From: Deltaproteobacteria bacterium | Lineage (GTDB): Bacteria; UBA10199; 2-02-FULL-44-16; JAAZCA01 | Assembly (NCBI GenBank): GCA_018645265.1 | Contig: JABGOS010000088.1 | Location: 11,083 to 75,082 of the forward strand | DNA length: 64,000 nucleotides | Reading direction: 5' to 3' | Shown: piece by piece, positions 60,685 through 64,000 of the stretch | Layout of the letters: each line of letters begins with the position of its first letter | How positions within the stretch are numbered: position 1 is the stretch's first letter | The notes under the pieces: generated by a model | The model's database searches: none | What the model was told of the DNA's origin: nothing | The model's input: the letters and a program-made list of their open reading frames with translations, nothing else | Position numbers and translations under genes: made by a program

Positions 60685-62742
60685 ATGGCTCAAACGACAC
60701 AAGACAAGCAACCGAGACAGGTAGGCCAGTATTACCTCATGGAGAAGATTGCCCAGGGCGGCATGGCTGAGATCTTCAAGGGGCTCTCCTATGATGTCCA
60801 CGGCATAAAGAAAACGGTTTGTATCAAGAAGATCCTTCCACACATCGCTGCCAGTGAGGAGTTCATCGACTCTCTGATAGATGAGGCGAAGATCGCCGTT
60901 AAACTCGTTCATGGAAACATCGCCCAAACCTATGATCTGGGAAAGGTCGCCGACGACTATTTTATGGTTATGGAATATGTCGATGGCAAGTCACTCTCCC
61001 AAATTCATAAGCGTTGCCTTGCAAAGAAGGAAGTTATACCGATTCATCATCTGGTACACTTTATATCGGAAACTCTCAATGGGCTTGACTATATTCATAG
61101 GAGGACAGATGAGAACGGTCTGCCACTTCATATAGTGCATCGTGACATCAGCCCCCAAAATATAATGGTATCGTATGCAGGTACCGTTAAGATAATCGAC
61201 TTTGGAATAGCAAAGACTGGTTTCAAGGTTGGATCTACCGACTCTGGCATTCTCAAGGGGAAATTCGCATACATGTCCCCAGAGCAGGCACATGGGGATA
61301 CTATAGATCACCGTTCAGATATTTTTTCCTTAGGCATCATACTTCACGAAACGCTGACCGGAAAAAGGCTCTTCAAGGCGGGCGATAGCAGGGAGACAAT
61401 TAGGAATGTGAGGAAGGCAAAGGTCATTCCTCCCTCGGTAATAAGAAATGACCTCCCTGATGAACTTGACCGTATCGTCCTCAAGGCACTCTCAAAGGAC
61501 AGACGACATAGATACAAGAAGGCAGCGGAGATGCACGACGATCTGATAAAGTTTCTATATTCAAATTACCCTGAATTCAGGCCATCGGATGTTGGAACGT
61601 TCGTACAGGATCTTTTTAAGAATGAACTTCAGAACCAGGGCAAGAATGAGGCCGACGCCAAGACACCTTATTTAATCATAGATAGATCAAACTCTGCACT
61701 CGCAGACGATAGTCAATTTGAAGTCACAGGAGCGGCGAAAGCCCCTATCGACCTTGAGGAGTTTATGGTCGAAGAGGATAGTGAATCCGTACCTAAGGAT
61801 ATGGTACCCTATTCCGACAATGAAATGGAGGAATATAGGGATGGACCTGAAATCCCAAAAGAAAGCAAGTTCAAGTACGTATGGGATATTGTAAAACACA
61901 TTAAATATCATCTTTTAGTGATTTTTATAATTGCCATAGTGACTACTCTAGCAGTCATATCCAACAGAAAATCGGAAATTACAGAAGATAATACTGTAGC
62001 TTACACATCAGCAGAAATCATGATCACTACCGAGCCTGCCGATGCATCGATCGTCTTTAACAATAAGCCGATTGGGCAGGGATCCCCTATTACGATGCGA
62101 GATATCGATCCAAATGCTGACCATTTGTTGGTGGTCCAGAAAGAGGGATTCTTCACACACGAAAAACATCTCAATCTAAAACCTGGCGAGTTCTTAAGCC
62201 TCTCCATAGCCCTCAAGCCAAAGCCCCCCATGACATCGGCAATAGAGCTTACAACCATTCCAGAGGGTGCGACAGTTTTTCTGGACAACCGGGAAACTGC
62301 ATACCGCACACCGACAAACATAAAGGATATAGACCCCAAGCGGTCTCATGACATTGGTCTTTTTCTGAGGGGCCATCGTTTTTGGAACAAAAAAATCAAT
62401 CTAAAACCAGGAGAAACAAAATCCTTTGAGATTCAAATGGTCAAAGATTTTGCCACACTCAATGTCGAATCAGAGCCCCCTGGGGCACTCGTCATGCTTG
62501 ATGGCGTTCCAATAGGGCAGACCCCCGTCACAAGGGAAAAACTTGAACCGGATAAGGTTTATAAGGTAGAAGTATGGGTCCAGGGGTATGAGGCAACCAA
62601 GAAGGACTATAAAGCAGTTGCAGGTGTAAAAAAGGGACTTAGGTTCATCCTGAAGAAGATGCCCACACCCGCAGAATTAGAGATGAAGGCTAGGGAAGAG
62701 AAAAGAGAGATGATGCACCAAGAGGAAAAAGATGACCGATAA
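60685..62742 (+). CDS. Hanks-type Ser/Thr protein kinase with TM segment and C-terminal PEGA repeat domains
   Basis: GxGxxA loop (GQGGMAEIFKG), HRDISPQNIMV, DFGIAK, SPEQ. TM segment LLVIFIIAIVTTLAVI. Four or more PEGA-like units (TTEPADASIVFNNKPIGQ...). Start set at ATG 60685. The first 36 nt of the track ORF are probably not coding. Confidence 0.8.
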   Translation: MAQTTQDKQPRQVGQYYLMEKIAQGGMAEIFKGLSYDVHGIKKTVCIKKILPHIAASEEFIDSLIDEAKIAVKLVHGNIAQTYDLGKVADDYFMVMEYVDGKSLSQIHKRCLAKKEVIPIHHLVHFISETLNGLDYIHRRTDENGLPLHIVHRDISPQNIMVSYAGTVKIIDFGIAKTGFKVGSTDSGILKGKFAYMSPEQAHGDTIDHRSDIFSLGIILHETLTGKRLFKAGDSRETIRNVRKAKVIPPSVIRNDLPDELDRIVLKALSKDRRHRYKKAAEMHDDLIKFLYSNYPEFRPSDVGTFVQDLFKNELQNQGKNEADAKTPYLIIDRSNSALADDSQFEVTGAAKAPIDLEEFMVEEDSESVPKDMVPYSDNEMEEYRDGPEIPKESKFKYVWDIVKHIKYHLLVIFIIAIVTTLAVISNRKSEITEDNTVAYTSAEIMITTEPADASIVFNNKPIGQGSPITMRDIDPNADHLLVVQKEGFFTHEKHLNLKPGEFLSLSIALKPKPPMTSAIELTTIPEGATVFLDNRETAYRTPTNIKDIDPKRSHDIGLFLRGHRFWNKKINLKPGETKSFEIQMVKDFATLNVESEPPGALVMLDGVPIGQTPVTREKLEPDKVYKVEVWVQGYEATKKDYKAVAGVKKGLRFILKKMPTPAELEMKAREEKREMMHQEEKDDR

Positions 62743-63658
62743 AAAGAAAAAAGAGATAGATCCACTTCTTCAGAGCGATGAGTTGTCCGAATGCACTGTA
62801 GTAACATCATTGGAGAAGGTAAGTTTTCCAAAGGATGAACGCGCTTACATACTCTTCATTTCAGGCCCCCTAATTGGTAAAATGTACCTTCTTGAAGAAT
62901 CTACAACAATCATGGGCAGGGCTCCGGATATTGATATCTCTATTAGCGATTCAAGAATATCCAGAAAACATCTCTGCATACACCTTGAAACAGGTAAGGC
63001 AATCATTGAAGACATGGGCTCCACCAATGGAACCTTCGTAAACGGTGAGAGGGTTATACGGCGAGTGCTAGAAAATGGCGACAAGGTTCACATATCCAGC
63101 GATACCTTCTTTAAGTTTGCTGTAGGTGATGCGGCAGAAAGAATGTTTCAGGAGGAGATGCACCAGATGGCGAACTACGACGCCGTCACCGGCATACTCA
63201 ACAAACATGCATTCGCAAGACGCCTGAGGGAGGAGTTCAGCTATGCAAGAAGAAGAAAGCACTCCCTCTCACTCATGATGATCGACATAGATTTCTTCAA
63301 GAAGGTCAACGATACATATGGGCATATGGCTGGTGATTATGTCCTAAATGGAGTTGCACAAAGAATCCAAAGCAGCCTTCGTGATGAGGATATTACAGCT
63401 AGATACGGCGGCGAAGAATTTGCAATTATTCTTCGAAATACGGATGCCAAAGACTCGATGATGTTGGCGGAAAGAGTGCGTCATCTGATTGAGGAGAAAC
63501 CCTTCCAATTTGAAGATCAATCGATACCTGTGACAATCAGCGTTGGGGTATCCACACTCAAAGGCGACAACTTCAACTCCGCAAAAAAACTCATTTCTTA
63601 TGCCGATGAGTGCCTATACAAGTCCAAAGCTGATGGAAGAAACCGCGTAACCGCATAA
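62732..63658 (+). CDS. FHA-domain diguanylate cyclase (FHA-GGDEF)
   Basis: FHA core (GR....D.....D..ISRKH...........D.GSTNGTFVNG). GGEEF active site with an upstream RDED I-site-like motif. Overlaps the kinase stop by 11 nt. Confidence 0.8.
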   Translation: MTDKKKKEIDPLLQSDELSECTVVTSLEKVSFPKDERAYILFISGPLIGKMYLLEESTTIMGRAPDIDISISDSRISRKHLCIHLETGKAIIEDMGSTNGTFVNGERVIRRVLENGDKVHISSDTFFKFAVGDAAERMFQEEMHQMANYDAVTGILNKHAFARRLREEFSYARRRKHSLSLMMIDIDFFKKVNDTYGHMAGDYVLNGVAQRIQSSLRDEDITARYGGEEFAIILRNTDAKDSMMLAERVRHLIEEKPFQFEDQSIPVTISVGVSTLKGDNFNSAKKLISYADECLYKSKADGRNRVTA

Positions 63659-63671
63659 ACTATTCTAACAT

Positions 63672-63696
63672 AAAAAGGTGTCCGACACCTTTTTAG
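63672..63696. repeat. REP-like element copy 7 (AAAAAGGTGTCCGACACCTTTTTAG)
   Basis: The longest near-perfect palindrome of the family. Lies between convergent genes. Confidence 0.7.
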
Positions 63697-64000
63697 ATTA
63701 GACGATATTTACGCAAACGATATACGAGGGTGGAACGCGCAATACCCATCATCCTTGCAGCTTCACTCACGTTACCACCCGCCTTTCGAAGGGATGCCGC
63801 CAACTCCTTAGCGCTCTCATCATGAATCGTCTCCAGAACCGACCCGGAAATCTTATCAGGATCTATACTCTCAACTGTTGAAGCGGTTCTGTTGATTTCA
63901 TCAAGGTCAGTCACAAAATCGGAAACACCCAACTCACCCTCACCCATGATTACAGCTCGTTCTATCATATTTCTCAGTTCACGAACATTTCCAGGCCACT
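63693..64000 (-). CDS. Sigma-54-dependent transcriptional activator, C-terminal part (AAA+ end and Fis-type HTH); 5' portion lies beyond window
   Basis: The minus-strand frame reads WPGNVRELRNMIERAV (the AAA+ C-terminal signature) and continues to the HTH ARMMGIARSTLVYRLRKY. It is open to nt 64000. Confidence 0.75.
   Translation of the reverse strand, partial: WPGNVRELRNMIERAVIMGEGELGVSDFVTDLDEINRTASTVESIDPDKISGSVLETIHDESAKELAASLRKAGGNVSEAARMMGIARSTLVYRLRKYRLI

Noticed and set aside
60550-60927. 125-aa minus-strand ORF overlapping the 5' end of the Ser/Thr kinase gene
   Set aside because: It is antisense to the well-supported kinase N-terminus (glycine loop and VAIK-like region) and has no RBS or motif support, so it is judged a shadow ORF.

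Overview
This 64 kb window is mostly conserved bacterial core genome with several accessory-looking insertions, and the main candidates for something new are a shared C-terminal sorting-like tag on two surface proteins, a repeated-palindrome family with its likely transposase, and a short histone-fold gene the ORF track missed. All calls below come from reading the sequence and translations; no searches were run.

**Core genome.** The minus-strand block rpsB-tsf-pyrH-frr-uppS-cdsA-dxr-rseP-tsaB is present, as are asd, truA, pssA with a psd-like gene, hutH, purA, purM-purN, xerC-hslV-hslU, topA-dprA, surE-pcm-nlpD, apt, dcd, mtgA, a thiolase, and an HU-family gene. There are three tRNAs: Lys-TTT and Glu-TTC adjacent on the plus strand, and Arg-CCT on the minus strand.

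**Accessory and unusual content.**
- A 59-aa histone-fold gene (30872..31051, minus strand) falls below the ORF-track length cutoff. It resembles the bacterial histone HBb.
- An IS200-like HUH/Y1 transposase of the REP-associated type (25427..26029) sits between inverted copies of a near-perfect palindrome, AAAAGTGTCCGACAC(C)TTTT. At least eight copies of this palindrome occur in the window, always intergenic and mostly just past gene 3' ends, plus one degenerate copy with compensatory stem changes.
- Two secreted proteins carry thrombospondin type-3-like calcium-binding Asp repeats: a 1383-aa one at 19579..23730 and a 550-aa one at 44229..45881. They share a C-terminal tripartite tag, [G/A]-C-S-x-I-A followed by a transmembrane helix and then basic residues. 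This looks like a MYXO-CTERM or PEP-CTERM-type sorting signal. No candidate processing enzyme is in the window.
- Two acidic RTX-repeat proteins without signal peptides lie at the 5' edge of the window.
- A second pcm paralogue carries an export signal and sits beside an outer-membrane beta-barrel gene.
- A PEGA-domain Ser/Thr kinase is translationally coupled to an FHA-GGDEF diguanylate cyclase.
- There is an orphan flhB and an orphan nuoI-like ferredoxin.
- A cluster encodes an EIIA(Ntr)-like protein, a PII-like protein and two tandem cation/proton antiporters.
- A small AT-rich islet next to tRNA-Arg holds a 432-aa orphan protein and a C39-like peptidase.

**Lineage (inference only).** The combination of an HBb-like histone, PEGA kinases, sigma-54 activators and a MYXO-CTERM-like tag suggests a Bdellovibrionota- or Myxococcota-like organism.
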